IMG/VR virus record: IMGVR_UViG_3300005512_000096
Coordinates: 1-40,333 of that record
From: a virus
Lineage: Duplodnaviria; Caudoviricetes
DNA: 40,333 nucleotides
Reading direction: 5' to 3' (one strand)
The translations under genes were made by a program, and so were the position numbers. Every line of letters begins with the position of its first letter. The stretch's first letter is position 1. The notes beneath the pieces are model-generated. The model was given only the letters and a program-made list of their open reading frames with translations. It was not told the origin of the DNA and ran no database searches. This document shows, in pieces, positions 9,101 through 17,694 of this stretch.

Positions 9101-11075
9101 AACCTTTATTACCCTGTCTGACCCATTCTTTACTGCATTAGCCGAAGGAACCGACAAGACAGTCAAGCAAGTAGTACAGGATATTAAAAAAACTTTAGAA
9201 GATCAGGGCAAAACTTTTAACAGGAAGCAGGACGATCAGCTACAAGTTATACGCTATCTCCGTGAAGCTGCTCAACAACAAGACAGCACACTTGATATTT
9301 TCGAGATGTCTTTCACTCAGCTACGTGAACTAGACAAATCTCTACGGCATGTTCAGTTTGCTGCTCGTAAGTCTGGTAACGCTGAACGTGCTACTATCTT
9401 TGAAAACATTGAAAACGTTGTTCAGGGAAAGTTCGATAAGTTCGAGTTGGTCGGTGCAGACGGCACACGAACTCCAGTGGATACATTGGGCATACTTATG
9501 AAGAACGATGTAGGCAACGACACAGTTATGCCTGTCGGTGCAGCCCTACAAGAAGCAAATCGCGACTGGGCAAAGTTCAAGTCTCGCTGGTACGACGCAA
9601 ACGAAAAGGCTGTTGTTCCATCTTGGATGTCATGGGGCAACAGGTCGGTTGTTGACGTATCTGTGAACAATCCATTAGGTGTTCGCTACGGCGCACAGAA
9701 TCCTCGCGAGTGGCTTAACATCAAAGCCATTGCAAACATGGACCCGAACGTCGGCGGTAAAAGCTTGTTTGATTCCATCCAGCGCACACTAGGACAAGAG
9801 ATCGTCGATCCACAAAGCGGTTTACCTATGTTTACCTTTATTGAAGGCGACAAGATGACCGGAGCGGTTGCTGCAACAGTAAAGACCGCCATAGCTGATT
9901 ACATCGTTAGCTTGAAAGGCAAAGTGAAACCAGACGAACTCGCTCGTCAGATGAATAACTTAGATCAGGTATTTGTCATGCGTGGTGCAGATGGTCAGGT
10001 TAAGTCTATGCTAGACGTAGGCTCGTTGGTTGATGATACCATTGGCTTCTCCAAAAAGTCTGTAGGCGACGACGTTTACGACAGAACAGTTGCACGTGTA
10101 ACGTCTGACATCCAGACTCAGCTAGACAAGACCCTAGAGCCAGCTAAGAAAGCCAAGAAGCAAAAAGAACTGGCTATTCAAATCTTACAGAACTACAGTC
10201 CAACAAAGCTGTCGATGGATCAGATCGGTGACAGGTTGGTTTCGGGCGGAGTTGATCAGCTAAACCTGATTAAGCGTGAGTTAAAAGACGTAGGTGGCTT
10301 TACCGACGAGCAGGTAACTACTATCCTTGCTGATGTCTACATCGATTCTTTGCAGAATACTGCCTTTAAAAGAACAGGCAAGAACATCATCACCGATGCA
10401 AAAGGAACAACAATCGACGAACAGGTTATCGACTTGGGCGTTATGCAAAACATGCTTGGCACCAATGATGCCGAAAAGGCGAAGGTTGTAAAAGAACTCA
10501 TCGGTGAAAAGCGTTACAAGGTTTGGGATGCAACATCTAAGCTAATGGCAGATCGTGCTCCTGATTTCCGTATGCGTGAATTTGAAATTACTGGTGCACC
10601 ACGCTCGTTCAGTGTCGAGTCGTTCATCAGCCGCTTCTATGCAATCAATCGTGGAGTTATCAGCGCACGGTACGTCGGTACAGAAGCTGTTCTTCAGCAG
10701 TTCCGTAACAGCAAGTACAACATGATCAGGTCGGTTTTGTCTGATCCAGAGTTGGGCGAGATGTTCTTGGAAATGGTTCGGACAGGCAAGCCGTTGACCC
10801 CAGAGCGGGAAACCTATTTCTATAATGCGTTGGTTTCATCGTATGCTAAGTTTGCAAACGAGCAGGGCAAGCCAGAGCCAGTCACAATGAAGGACAAGTA
10901 CGGTAGAGCGTTTACCTTGTATCCAGATTTGACAAGCGGCGTAATACCTCGTACCACTCGTGAAGCAAAGGTTGGTGAAGGCGTACGCATACCGCTCTTC
11001 CCTGAAGTAACCAGACGCAGAGAAGATATTGTCGAAGGTAAATCCTTCGTTCCTATGCCATCAATTTTTAGATAA
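6132..11075 (+). CDS. Large putative internal virion/ejection protein (1647 aa)
   Basis: Largest ORF and last large gene of the virion module, a position analogous to T7 gp16 (inference). Confidence 0.7.
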   Translation: MADTTLSPLQQQMQKLDPQQQSLLKSMGAGQPGSPTSLAPPMSRPEPKDRFPALEKEVVLGMEVPKFDVTTAPLSGDSKYIPSLGIELKTEVTPRIADPRKISPEIKLQQVLNFDNPKVAGNFEKAMGVRNAQGEELLFPQTMDYATRLDVANRMGATVIIDDEGGEFNVPWDNLIYQQTRLPDPNQKLTFRRETGEIDTTGQFPVPVTELREVFAKDMTEEDIQNYREASMLFSLNFIDPEVGKPLFADLLNKRMIKAGVEDARTRADIINYAVSAPSMGDMEKIASGIGENAIKFPIQMGLWGVGELIDAADNLTLNFEDTDLGYFDIRESSRRRAIMDTYFQPLAHTMIATMAQRGTKVSLPVVEEYIATLTGLTPRLAKLTGEIVLPSKGAGALTAFRSKKELLDFKEFYAKEIERGTTRSFDEIRDSYLQMRSGIDDGAEPSWLQKMKQNSVGSKITKGLQIEDAAMSVGSRAEVVQQTKYLNNLRNRRDAIYSGVKKRGGTPDAKDTSTLNALDADINRAVYDLAAIERLSGTPKFMRDIATAVVEVAVGPIGIERKSGTPKFMRDIATADRFMIVGAGTAGHFFQQRDETYGVTGDPMMGELVGLGSGLIINLVQGNVPAAFKALQRSALGQKFGGKKAYLKFLTENITNFSPEMQAGIIERAKYLDEVYDVLVAEGLDPRLLDTGFANLSGLATLKSLEDITRSQLSVKQIRNFNVNDLEANLNLQKQMVAELRGVLQSIEGGIGDTPKGDFFRIVNAAIERGQESIDQLSADISMVDKRGVQYYLDSIDGNSMAFGQQTGPDTIRNFEDSMNRLQRQELISAAENFTFLPRPQFNQIANDTRDKVSDVVAKHADDVRSKLSTQAGAAAVVEGAVGPKGVVAAGQRSQASIPNFDNPGDLMAALLESGHAADKVKAQRLYLALDSASENGLFVDGAGNKIAGNVSVDVSDVFDALFAERPDLPVGKLRGADMTAGQSAILDQTFITLSDPFFTALAEGTDKTVKQVVQDIKKTLEDQGKTFNRKQDDQLQVIRYLREAAQQQDSTLDIFEMSFTQLRELDKSLRHVQFAARKSGNAERATIFENIENVVQGKFDKFELVGADGTRTPVDTLGILMKNDVGNDTVMPVGAALQEANRDWAKFKSRWYDANEKAVVPSWMSWGNRSVVDVSVNNPLGVRYGAQNPREWLNIKAIANMDPNVGGKSLFDSIQRTLGQEIVDPQSGLPMFTFIEGDKMTGAVAATVKTAIADYIVSLKGKVKPDELARQMNNLDQVFVMRGADGQVKSMLDVGSLVDDTIGFSKKSVGDDVYDRTVARVTSDIQTQLDKTLEPAKKAKKQKELAIQILQNYSPTKLSMDQIGDRLVSGGVDQLNLIKRELKDVGGFTDEQVTTILADVYIDSLQNTAFKRTGKNIITDAKGTTIDEQVIDLGVMQNMLGTNDAEKAKVVKELIGEKRYKVWDATSKLMADRAPDFRMREFEITGAPRSFSVESFISRFYAINRGVISARYVGTEAVLQQFRNSKYNMIRSVLSDPELGEMFLEMVRTGKPLTPERETYFYNALVSSYAKFANEQGKPEPVTMKDKYGRAFTLYPDLTSGVIPRTTREAKVGEGVRIPLFPEVTRRREDIVEGKSFVPMPSIFR
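7728..7860 (+). repeat. 52-bp imperfect direct repeat with 81-bp period inside the 1647-aa gene
   Basis: 7728-7779 and 7809-7860 differ at 5 positions. Both encode IERxSGTPKFMRDIATA. Confidence 0.95.
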
Positions 11076-11086
11076 GGATCAGATCA

Positions 11087-11425
11087 ATGAAACAATACAA
11101 CAACGGACAACGCAAGGCTATGATGTACGGCGGTATGCCACGCAAGCCAATGATGTACGGCGGCAAAGCCAAGAAGATGCAGATGGGTGGAACCGCACCT
11201 AAGAAAAACAACGCAATGCAGCAGAGTGCAATGCCTATGCCAACAACTAGCCCTATGATGCCAGCGCAGCCAATGCCGACTGCACAACAGCGCACTCCAA
11301 TGGCTGAAGGCGGTAAGGCATTCCCTGACCTAACAGGCGACGGCAAGGTTACCAAGAAGGATATCTTGAAGGGGCGTGGCGTTAAGTTGATGTACGGCGG
11401 AAAGGCAAAGAAACGTGGCTACTAA
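11087..11425 (+). CDS. Small basic Met/Gly/Lys-rich protein with repeated hydrophobic-x-x-GG motifs and an EF-hand-like loop
   Basis: AAGGA RBS; MMYGG x2, MQMGG, MAEGG, LMYGG; DLTGDGKVTKKD. Confidence 0.8.
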   Translation: MKQYNNGQRKAMMYGGMPRKPMMYGGKAKKMQMGGTAPKKNNAMQQSAMPMPTTSPMMPAQPMPTAQQRTPMAEGGKAFPDLTGDGKVTKKDILKGRGVKLMYGGKAKKRGY

Positions 11426-11426
11426 G

Positions 11427-11576
11427 ATGGTTTCTGCCCCCAAAGGCTACCACTGGATGAAGCAGCGCGGCGGGGGATACAAGCTAATGAAAAACCCCTC
11501 GACCGGTTACAAGCGGCACAAGGGGTCATCCATTCGGGCTAGGTTTACGGTACAAAAAGTACACGATAAGTCTTGA
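11427..11576 (+). CDS. Small basic hypothetical protein (49 aa)
   Basis: Read by hand: MVSAPKGYHWMKQRGGGYKLMKNPSTGYKRHKGSSIRARFTVQKVHDKS. Starts 1 nt after the upstream stop. Confidence 0.7.
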   Translation: MVSAPKGYHWMKQRGGGYKLMKNPSTGYKRHKGSSIRARFTVQKVHDKS

Positions 11577-11599
11577 CTATTTACAAATGAAAACTATAT
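11572..11599 (+). promoter_or_regulatory. Candidate host RpoD/RpoH-type promoter
   Basis: CTTGAC-N16-CTATAT upstream of the 11635 ORF, close to alphaproteobacterial promoter consensus. Confidence 0.5.
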
Positions 11600-11634
11600 C
11601 TCCGATAATTAACGACAACTAAAAGGAGATAACC

Positions 11635-11802
11635 ATGTTGTTCGATTTGTTAGACATGTACAGCCGCAGCCCAGTCTATGTGGTTAGCGAAGCTGTAATC
11701 AAAGAAATGAAAAAAGATGCGGATACTAAGCGTCTACAATACCTTGAATCAATCAAGGAAAAAGTAGATGCTGAAATCGACAAGCTAAAGGCTGCTGCCT
11801 AA
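11635..11802 (+). CDS. Small coiled-coil hypothetical protein (55 aa)
   Basis: Strong AAGGAG RBS; MLFDLLDMYSRSPVYVVSEAVIKEMKKDADTKRLQYLESIKEKVDAEIDKLKAAA. Not in the ORF track. Confidence 0.8.
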   Translation: MLFDLLDMYSRSPVYVVSEAVIKEMKKDADTKRLQYLESIKEKVDAEIDKLKAAA

Positions 11803-12023
11803 ATATACTGTCTCGATTTATCCAACATCTCATTTCCCATCGATCTGAGGTATCTAAGCAGGGATGCTAATGAGTGTGCACCTTCATACTCTGGCATCCC
11901 TGAATTCATTACGGACTCTAAATCTTCTGGCGTTACGCCGTCCATATTGAGTTCGATATTGCCGTCTTGTTTTAGGTACGCTGTAAATTGAAATAGATTA
12001 GCTTTGTGCTGCTTCTTTGCCAT
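11799..12023 (-). CDS. Hypothetical protein (74 aa)
   Basis: Last gene of the minus-strand operon; overlaps the upstream gene end. Confidence 0.7.
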   Translation of the reverse strand: MAKKQHKANLFQFTAYLKQDGNIELNMDGVTPEDLESVMNSGMPEYEGAHSLASLLRYLRSMGNEMLDKSRQYI

Positions 12024-12492
12024 TGACGTTCTCTAGTTCTTGAATTGCTAGGTTGTAACAGTCGGCTCTAAATGTGAATCCGTTTGCCGGATCGACATCC
12101 CCTCTGTTGTATCGTGTAGCCTTTTTATAAAACGTTTCTTTTGGTATCTCTCCCAAGATCCAAGCCTTGCTGTGATCTGTAAGGATGCGGACAAAGACAT
12201 AGCTGTCGCAGTCTTGCTTCGATCCGTGTGCAGCAACAGAGCAATCATAGTTGGGTGATGGTGTGGTATTGCACCGCTTTGTCTTTACGTCGACACGTCG
12301 GTTTCCTACCAACAAGTCAAAGTCCTTGCTGTTGACAGGCTCACCGCCGACGTAATCCTCAACGACTATTTCCCCAATTGCCCCAACCACATTGCTGAGA
12401 CTGCCCGTGATGCTGCCCTGTAGATTACCTACAGAGGCGGCTTTCTTTTTGGCACGAGAAATAATATCAGGCGTTATCTTGATCTGTATCAT
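11998..12492 (-). CDS. Putative PD-(D/E)XK-like nuclease
   Basis: GAIGEIVV...DFDLLV...VDVKTK resembles a restriction-like nuclease core. Start moved to MIQIK at 12492. Confidence 0.6.
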   Translation of the reverse strand: MIQIKITPDIISRAKKKAASVGNLQGSITGSLSNVVGAIGEIVVEDYVGGEPVNSKDFDLLVGNRRVDVKTKRCNTTPSPNYDCSVAAHGSKQDCDSYVFVRILTDHSKAWILGEIPKETFYKKATRYNRGDVDPANGFTFRADCYNLAIQELENVNGKEAAQS

Positions 12493-12637
12493 TCTCTTTC
12501 TCTCTAGGTAACCAGAACTCTGCTTCTGACCCACACTCTTTGCATTCCAGAAACGTGATCATAGAATAGAAGTTATTGTCTTCTAAGTCAACATCACTGT
12601 TCCAAATCATTTCACCTTTACAATGCCAGCAACTCAA
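12467..12637 (-). CDS. Small zinc-ribbon protein (56 aa, TTG start)
   Basis: Read by hand: MSCWHCKGEMIW...FLECKECGSEAEFWLP, with two CxxC pairs. Fills a gap in the operon. Confidence 0.7.
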   Translation of the reverse strand: MSCWHCKGEMIWNSDVDLEDNNFYSMITFLECKECGSEAEFWLPREKENDTDQDNA

Positions 12638-13085
12638 CTGCCTTCTCCCTGTCTATCTTGAACCACTCGCCTTTGCGTTCGTGTCCTTCTTTCGAAAACA
12701 ACTGCAAAAACCGACGCTCCTCTTCGTGCATATTATCCACAGATATCGACGTAAGTAAAGCATAATCTCGCATCGGTGAAGATGTCTGATAGTTACTCAA
12801 CCTGTCGGTTGCGATAGCTGCTTTGCCTACCTTTACCCACTCAGGCCACGCAGGATTGACTATCAAGTATATTTCTCCTGCAACAGACCTCTCGTTAATT
12901 TCTGTGTGTGACCATGCGTCATCGAGAGATTTATACTTTCCCGGCTTGTATAATGGGCTTTTTTTTGAAATCTCTTTGCCATTAACATACATTCGCAAAG
13001 AGTCCCGACGCTTTACCGCGTCAGGGTTATCTTTGTAGTACATTGGTTTCCCTGTGTAGGGATTAGGATCGAACCTTTTCTGCAT
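12618..13085 (-). CDS. GIY-YIG/T5orf172-like domain protein
   Basis: GEIYLIVNPAWPEWVKVGKA...DRLSNYQTSSP...GEWF pattern. Confidence 0.75.
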   Translation of the reverse strand: MQKRFDPNPYTGKPMYYKDNPDAVKRRDSLRMYVNGKEISKKSPLYKPGKYKSLDDAWSHTEINERSVAGEIYLIVNPAWPEWVKVGKAAIATDRLSNYQTSSPMRDYALLTSISVDNMHEEERRFLQLFSKEGHERKGEWFKIDREKAVELLAL

Positions 13086-13185
13086 CTTTCTCTTTCAACT
13101 TCTGCCATTCCTCGTAGCTAGGATGGCTGCGGGGTGGGTTGTATTGAACCCAACCGTCACCCCGCTTCCAAACCAACTTACTCAT
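13063..13185 (-). CDS. Small hypothetical protein (40 aa)
   Basis: Read by hand: MSKLVWKRGDGWVQYNPPRSHPSYEEWQKLKEKDAEKVRS. ATGA overlap with the nrdJ stop. Confidence 0.6.
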   Translation of the reverse strand: MSKLVWKRGDGWVQYNPPRSHPSYEEWQKLKEKDAEKVRS

Positions 13186-15110
13186 GCTGCGTTCAAGTCC
13201 ACTACTTCACAGACACCCGCAGTACAAGCCAACTCACGTGAACCGCTGGTATTGTCTTCCTTCTCGAAGTCAGTCAGCTTTTCCCAATCGATCTTGACAT
13301 CTTTATAGGTCTGCATCCACTCGTTGTACTCATCCACATCGATGTCCTGATACGGAGCCTGTTGATAGGTGTGGTCACTGTGAGGAAGGAACGAGACACC
13401 GGACGCAACGTCAAAATTCTCATACACCCACGCACCAACTTCCATCCATTCGTGTTCCTTTACCGTGATGGTAACAGACGGTTTGTGCTCACACCAGTGC
13501 AACGCATAGGTCTTCCACAATTCTAGCTGCTCAATAGCTGTCATCTGCGTCCGCGTAACTGCACCGTCAGGCGACTTCATCGGGAACGAAAAGACAGTCG
13601 TAGAGTCTGGCTTCATCATGTCACGCTCGTTGTGTACGCCGGTTTCGATCAGGAACTGCGTCAGGGGGTCCTTGTTGTCACCACGAACAGTACGGATGTA
13701 ATAGTCGTTGTGTCGTGCGTGAATGCCACTCGCTGCATCTACCAACTGCGATACGGTTCCTGACGGCTTGACACAGGTGATTGCTGCGCTGACAGGGATA
13801 CCAATCTCCTCTGCAATGCGTCGGTTTGTTTCGACAGCGGTTTCCCGCATCTCTTCTAGCCAACGCTTGCTATCCACATTCTTTGAAAGAAGCGGATGAT
13901 CCATGATACCTGTCAGGGATACACCCAACAAACGTTCTTCTTCCGTGTTCTTCTTCCAGATGTTACGAAGGTACTTGAAGTCTGTCAGAGTAGACTGCAG
14001 GGTTCCCAAGACTGTTGCCAAGCGTACCTTATCTTTGAGATCTTGAAGGGAGTCGGTTTCGCGAACAACTACCTCAGACAGGTTGCAGAACTGGTAACCA
14101 CGCAAGATGATCTCAGAACACGGGTTTGTTCCCCACATGTGACCTGTCTCACGACGACCGTTACGAGCAACGTGTTTGTCGGCTGCTTCACGGTTGAACA
14201 TACCACGCTCACCAGACTTGCTATCGTACAGGGCAAGCCACTCACGCATGAACGTACCCATCTCAGGCTTTGTCTTGTAGGCAACTGAGTTGTTTGCCAG
14301 CGCACGTTGCGGCTCAGATTCCCACCACATACCAGACTTGGCATGTGCCATCTGATCGTCGTTCAAGTTAGATAGGCTAATCAGGGCAGAACGGCGTACA
14401 CCGCCTACAACTACAATCTCACCGATCTTACACATGAGATCGTGGCACTCGATTGGAAACAACCGACGACCACGTGCCTTCTTGAAGATTTCAACGGTAA
14501 AGTTAAACAGATCGACAAGGGGTTGTGGTCCGCTTGCACGACCACCCATAACCTTCAGGCGTTCCCCTGCGGCCCGAACACCGGACACATCCCACGAAGG
14601 AATCTGTCCTGCGTAGAGCAGCGCAATCAACTCGCGCAAAGCTTTTGCCCATCCCGGCTTGCTATCCCCAACTTTAATGACAGTATCGGACTTGTTAAAG
14701 TTGTCAGATACGACAGGTAGCTTGTCGACATTTTCTCGCTCTACAGAGAAACCAACGCCTGTACCACACATCAAAATATACATACACTCATCGAACGCAC
14801 GAGGGCTGTCTACGGGGATATAACTACAATTGTAGCCACACACTGCGTCACGCTCTAGGGCTTGACCAGCAGTCATCATTGCTCTCATAGAAGGCATAAT
14901 ACGCAGATTGAGGATAGCCTCTTCGAGTTCGTTTCTCAGTGAACTATCCAGCTTATAGCCGTGCTTGTCGTGCACATAAGAATCCATAAAAGAAATATAT
15001 CGGGATACAGTCTCATCCCAGTTCTCCCTGCGCTGCTCGTCTTCGATCCAACGTGCATAGCGCGACTTGTGAATAAATTGTTGGTATGGTGTAGGCAACA
15101 TGTTGTTCAT
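13182..15110 (-). CDS. nrdJ: Class II (adenosylcobalamin-dependent) ribonucleotide reductase
   Basis: PSMRAMM, YNCSY, GTNPCSEI, TCVKPSGT, WCEHKPS, C-terminal CTAGVCE; no beta-subunit gene nearby. Confidence 0.92.
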   Translation of the reverse strand: MNNMLPTPYQQFIHKSRYARWIEDEQRRENWDETVSRYISFMDSYVHDKHGYKLDSSLRNELEEAILNLRIMPSMRAMMTAGQALERDAVCGYNCSYIPVDSPRAFDECMYILMCGTGVGFSVERENVDKLPVVSDNFNKSDTVIKVGDSKPGWAKALRELIALLYAGQIPSWDVSGVRAAGERLKVMGGRASGPQPLVDLFNFTVEIFKKARGRRLFPIECHDLMCKIGEIVVVGGVRRSALISLSNLNDDQMAHAKSGMWWESEPQRALANNSVAYKTKPEMGTFMREWLALYDSKSGERGMFNREAADKHVARNGRRETGHMWGTNPCSEIILRGYQFCNLSEVVVRETDSLQDLKDKVRLATVLGTLQSTLTDFKYLRNIWKKNTEEERLLGVSLTGIMDHPLLSKNVDSKRWLEEMRETAVETNRRIAEEIGIPVSAAITCVKPSGTVSQLVDAASGIHARHNDYYIRTVRGDNKDPLTQFLIETGVHNERDMMKPDSTTVFSFPMKSPDGAVTRTQMTAIEQLELWKTYALHWCEHKPSVTITVKEHEWMEVGAWVYENFDVASGVSFLPHSDHTYQQAPYQDIDVDEYNEWMQTYKDVKIDWEKLTDFEKEDNTSGSRELACTAGVCEVVDLNAA

Positions 15111-15114
15111 GTTT

Positions 15115-15387
15115 TTATTCTCCTTTGATTTGGATTAGTTTGTTAAGATACCACTGCGCTTTTTTGAGGTCTTCGATTCCGTTCTTGTACCTGTATCGCC
15201 ATAGGTATTTAATGATGTTTCCTTGCAGGTAGTATTCAAACCCGTCGCTTGTTGCTGCTGCAATAGCATCTACACACTCAATACCTGCTTGATTGTAGTG
15301 TGGTGGGCTGTTTACATTGTCTATGTCTGCGCTAGGTGGATAATCTTCTATGTCACCTTTTTGCTTCATGTATTCTTCGTGTCTCAT
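15115..15387 (-). CDS. DUF3310 family protein (T7 gp1.7-like, putative nucleotide kinase)
   Basis: [18 protein letters not shown]...[26 protein letters not shown]. Start moved to MRHEEY, giving ATGA coupling. Confidence 0.85.
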   Translation of the reverse strand: MRHEEYMKQKGDIEDYPPSADIDNVNSPPHYNQAGIECVDAIAAATSDGFEYYLQGNIIKYLWRYRYKNGIEDLKKAQWYLNKLIQIKGE

Positions 15388-15704
15388 CGATTGTCTCCGC
15401 TGCCCTGCAACATATCGCGGTTCTTGCGATCCTCTAGCTTGTCTAAGTTGCGCTGCGCGACCTCTTCTAAGCTGTATCCTAAGTCTCTTGCAAGAATTGC
15501 AACGTACCATAACACGTCTCCTAGTTCCTTTGCAATATCGTCCTTATAAAAAAGTTCAGGCTTTCCGTCGCGAATAATCTTCTTTACCTTGTCCGCTACC
15601 TCACCGGCTTCCCCAGCTAAACCCAGCGCAGGGTACACAATAGCGTATTCGTTGGGGTATATCGCGGTGTCTTCCGCTCTCATTTGATATTCATCTAGTT
15701 TCAT
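15384..15704 (-). CDS. mazG: MazG-like nucleoside triphosphate pyrophosphohydrolase
   Basis: [16 protein letters not shown]...KELGDVLWY...NLDKL motifs. Confidence 0.9.
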   Translation of the reverse strand: MKLDEYQMRAEDTAIYPNEYAIVYPALGLAGEAGEVADKVKKIIRDGKPELFYKDDIAKELGDVLWYVAILARDLGYSLEEVAQRNLDKLEDRKNRDMLQGSGDNR

Positions 15705-16054
15705 TGCTTCGTTCCAAAATCTACTTTAACTACGTTGCCTTCAACTGCTTTGATGGCTTTAGGATCAGTGATCTCTGCCTCTTCAATCATCTCTTGACCT
15801 ACCAGTCTAAACTGTATCGCAGCGACACCCCTGTCGTAAACCTCGTCAGTGTGCATACGTATCATATCGAGTGCACCCTCTTGGATAATCATAGCCGAAT
15901 CGAAGTCTTCATCTTCTTCGTACGTTTTGCTTGTGGTGTCGTACGCTGACAGGGTAAACTCATTATCTCCGGTAGAACGAAGAATGATGTAGTACCTGTC
16001 CGGTAAAAGAGACAGGGCTTCCATATTCTGCTGGATGTCGTTATCGTCTGCCAT
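15701..16054 (-). CDS. Acidic hypothetical protein
   Basis: In-operon ORF, probable start MADDND, C-terminal NVVKVDF. Confidence 0.7.
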   Translation of the reverse strand: MADDNDIQQNMEALSLLPDRYYIILRSTGDNEFTLSAYDTTSKTYEEDEDFDSAMIIQEGALDMIRMHTDEVYDRGVAAIQFRLVGQEMIEEAEITDPKAIKAVEGNVVKVDFGTKQ

Positions 16055-16421
16055 TTTTTTCATACCAATCTGTTGGGATTGAGCCTTCAGCCCAGATAAA
16101 ATTATGTCGTTCACACCAAGCAGCGTACGTTGTTTTGCTACCCTTGTAAATCTTATTCGATGCCCGAAGAAATACAAAACGAATATCTAACTTGGGATGT
16201 TGTTTCTTGACAAGCAGCATCTTAACTCTGTCGTCTTTTGTCAAGTGACCCTTTGCTTCGACATAGATGTCTGACTTTTCTAGGTAGAAGTCTGGAGTAT
16301 AGTTGCGTGGTTCGGGTATGTATTGGAATTTTGTTTCTTCGTACCGAAATGGCACTTTGTTTTCTGTCAATGTTCGAGCAAGATTCAACTCGAACTGCGA
16401 CCTATATTGTGATTTTTTCAA
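16041..16421 (-). CDS. T7 endonuclease I-like Holliday junction resolvase
   Basis: YRSQFE...YEETK...YTPDF...YVEAKG motifs. Probable TTG start overlapping the upstream TGA. Confidence 0.88.
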   Translation of the reverse strand: MKKSQYRSQFELNLARTLTENKVPFRYEETKFQYIPEPRNYTPDFYLEKSDIYVEAKGHLTKDDRVKMLLVKKQHPKLDIRFVFLRASNKIYKGSKTTYAAWCERHNFIWAEGSIPTDWYEKNGRR

Positions 16422-16801
16422 AACTCTAGTCCAATCGATTGAAATCTTTTTATCAGATACCCTGCCAGTTTGGGGGATAGTCTTTCTATATTTGTAAGTT
16501 CTGTTGTTAAAGGGTGCATCGGCACACATACATACGCTCCCGCGTGAGATGTTCTACTTATCTTTTGTAATTCTTCTTCTACAGTCTTTATGTCTCGCAC
16601 CTCAGTATCTGCGTGGAGCGATCCATCTTTGCTGTAGTTGTCGACAAGAGTGAGAGGCAGGCCGTTCTGATGTATACGCATCTGACATACCCGTCTTTCT
16701 CCCCCGCTCTTCTTTGTCGACTCGATGTAGATGTGATACAAGCTTTTATTCATGTGCATCAAGTCTACTTCGTAGTTCTTTACAAACAGGTACGGCATCA
16801 T
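16418..16801 (-). CDS. Hypothetical protein
   Basis: AAGGA RBS before MMPYLFV; coupled to both neighbours. Confidence 0.7.
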   Translation of the reverse strand: MMPYLFVKNYEVDLMHMNKSLYHIYIESTKKSGGERRVCQMRIHQNGLPLTLVDNYSKDGSLHADTEVRDIKTVEEELQKISRTSHAGAYVCVPMHPLTTELTNIERLSPKLAGYLIKRFQSIGLEF

Positions 16802-17694
16802 AGTTCCTTTTTCTTCAAGGTTGAATACCAAACCTGCGGTGGTGACTTTGCTCGTGATGTTACACGACTGTGCAAGATAGCGTTAGGCCAACAGTGATAC
16901 CTATATCCACACAGATTGCATTCGCGTGGAAGCAACTTGTTGCCTGTCGAAACCAACTCACCTTTGTTCTTGTAGGTTTCTGGAATTGGCTTGTACGGCT
17001 TGAACGGCTTCACATCTGGATTGTTAAGGAACTTAATTCGTTCCGCAGCATCCTTGAGATAGTCTGCCTTGTCTTCTTGTGACCAGTCTGGCACGTCGAC
17101 TACGGCAACCATACCGTTTGACTTGTTGACAACTATCCATCCACCGAACGGCAAACCGACAGCCTCACTGTACAAGAACCCCTGCATCAGGTATCCAAAT
17201 GGGTCTTCTTCCTTTAACTTGTCGTAGCCACCCATCCCAGTAAACTTGTAGTTGAATGCCCAGTCACTTGCAGACTTGATATCCCAGACCTTATCTTGGC
17301 CTGTTTCATCACGCAAGATTACGTCGAGGGTTCCCTTCAATTTCTCCCCACCGATCTCCAACTCGACCTGCCGCTGATAGTCCACGATCTCGACCCCAGC
17401 CTCTTGCATAACTGCCATGAGGATAGATTCAGTTAGGTCACCAAACATGAAACGAAACAGTGTGTTGTATTCCATATCTTCTTTGATGCCGTGCTTATCC
17501 AATACCTGTTGGCAAAGTGGACGACCCAAGCCGGACATACGAAGACGGTACTCACCTCTACTATCAGGACTGAGTTGCTTTACAATAGAGTTTGCACAAT
17601 CGTTTTTAAATGTTTCGATAGTCTCAGGGGAGACAGAAACTTCCCCCCTGAGAGCCTTAGACATATAGTCTTGGATTTTAAGCAGCGTTAGCAT
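16798..17694 (-). CDS. Cas4/RecB-like PD-(D/E)XK exonuclease
   Basis: LRMSGLGRPLC, GTLDVIL...VWDIKSAS, YLMQGFLY, C-terminal CNLCGYRYHC. Start moved to MLTLLK. Confidence 0.8.
   Translation of the reverse strand: MLTLLKIQDYMSKALRGEVSVSPETIETFKNDCANSIVKQLSPDSRGEYRLRMSGLGRPLCQQVLDKHGIKEDMEYNTLFRFMFGDLTESILMAVMQEAGVEIVDYQRQVELEIGGEKLKGTLDVILRDETGQDKVWDIKSASDWAFNYKFTGMGGYDKLKEEDPFGYLMQGFLYSEAVGLPFGGWIVVNKSNGMVAVVDVPDWSQEDKADYLKDAAERIKFLNNPDVKPFKPYKPIPETYKNKGELVSTGNKLLPRECNLCGYRYHCWPNAILHSRVTSRAKSPPQVWYSTLKKKEL

Noticed and set aside
278-11355. Many minus-strand and alternate-frame ORFs inside the large virion genes
   Set aside because: They are shadows of long + strand genes, lack RBSs, and some just mirror the tandem repeat.
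13182-15110. Intein or intron in RNR (also considered for polymerase, helicase and TerL)
   Set aside because: Lengths are ordinary and no splice-junction or homing endonuclease motifs were seen.
16798-17694. CRISPR-associated cas4
   Set aside because: No cas1/cas2 or array; solo Cas4-like nucleases are common in phage replication modules.
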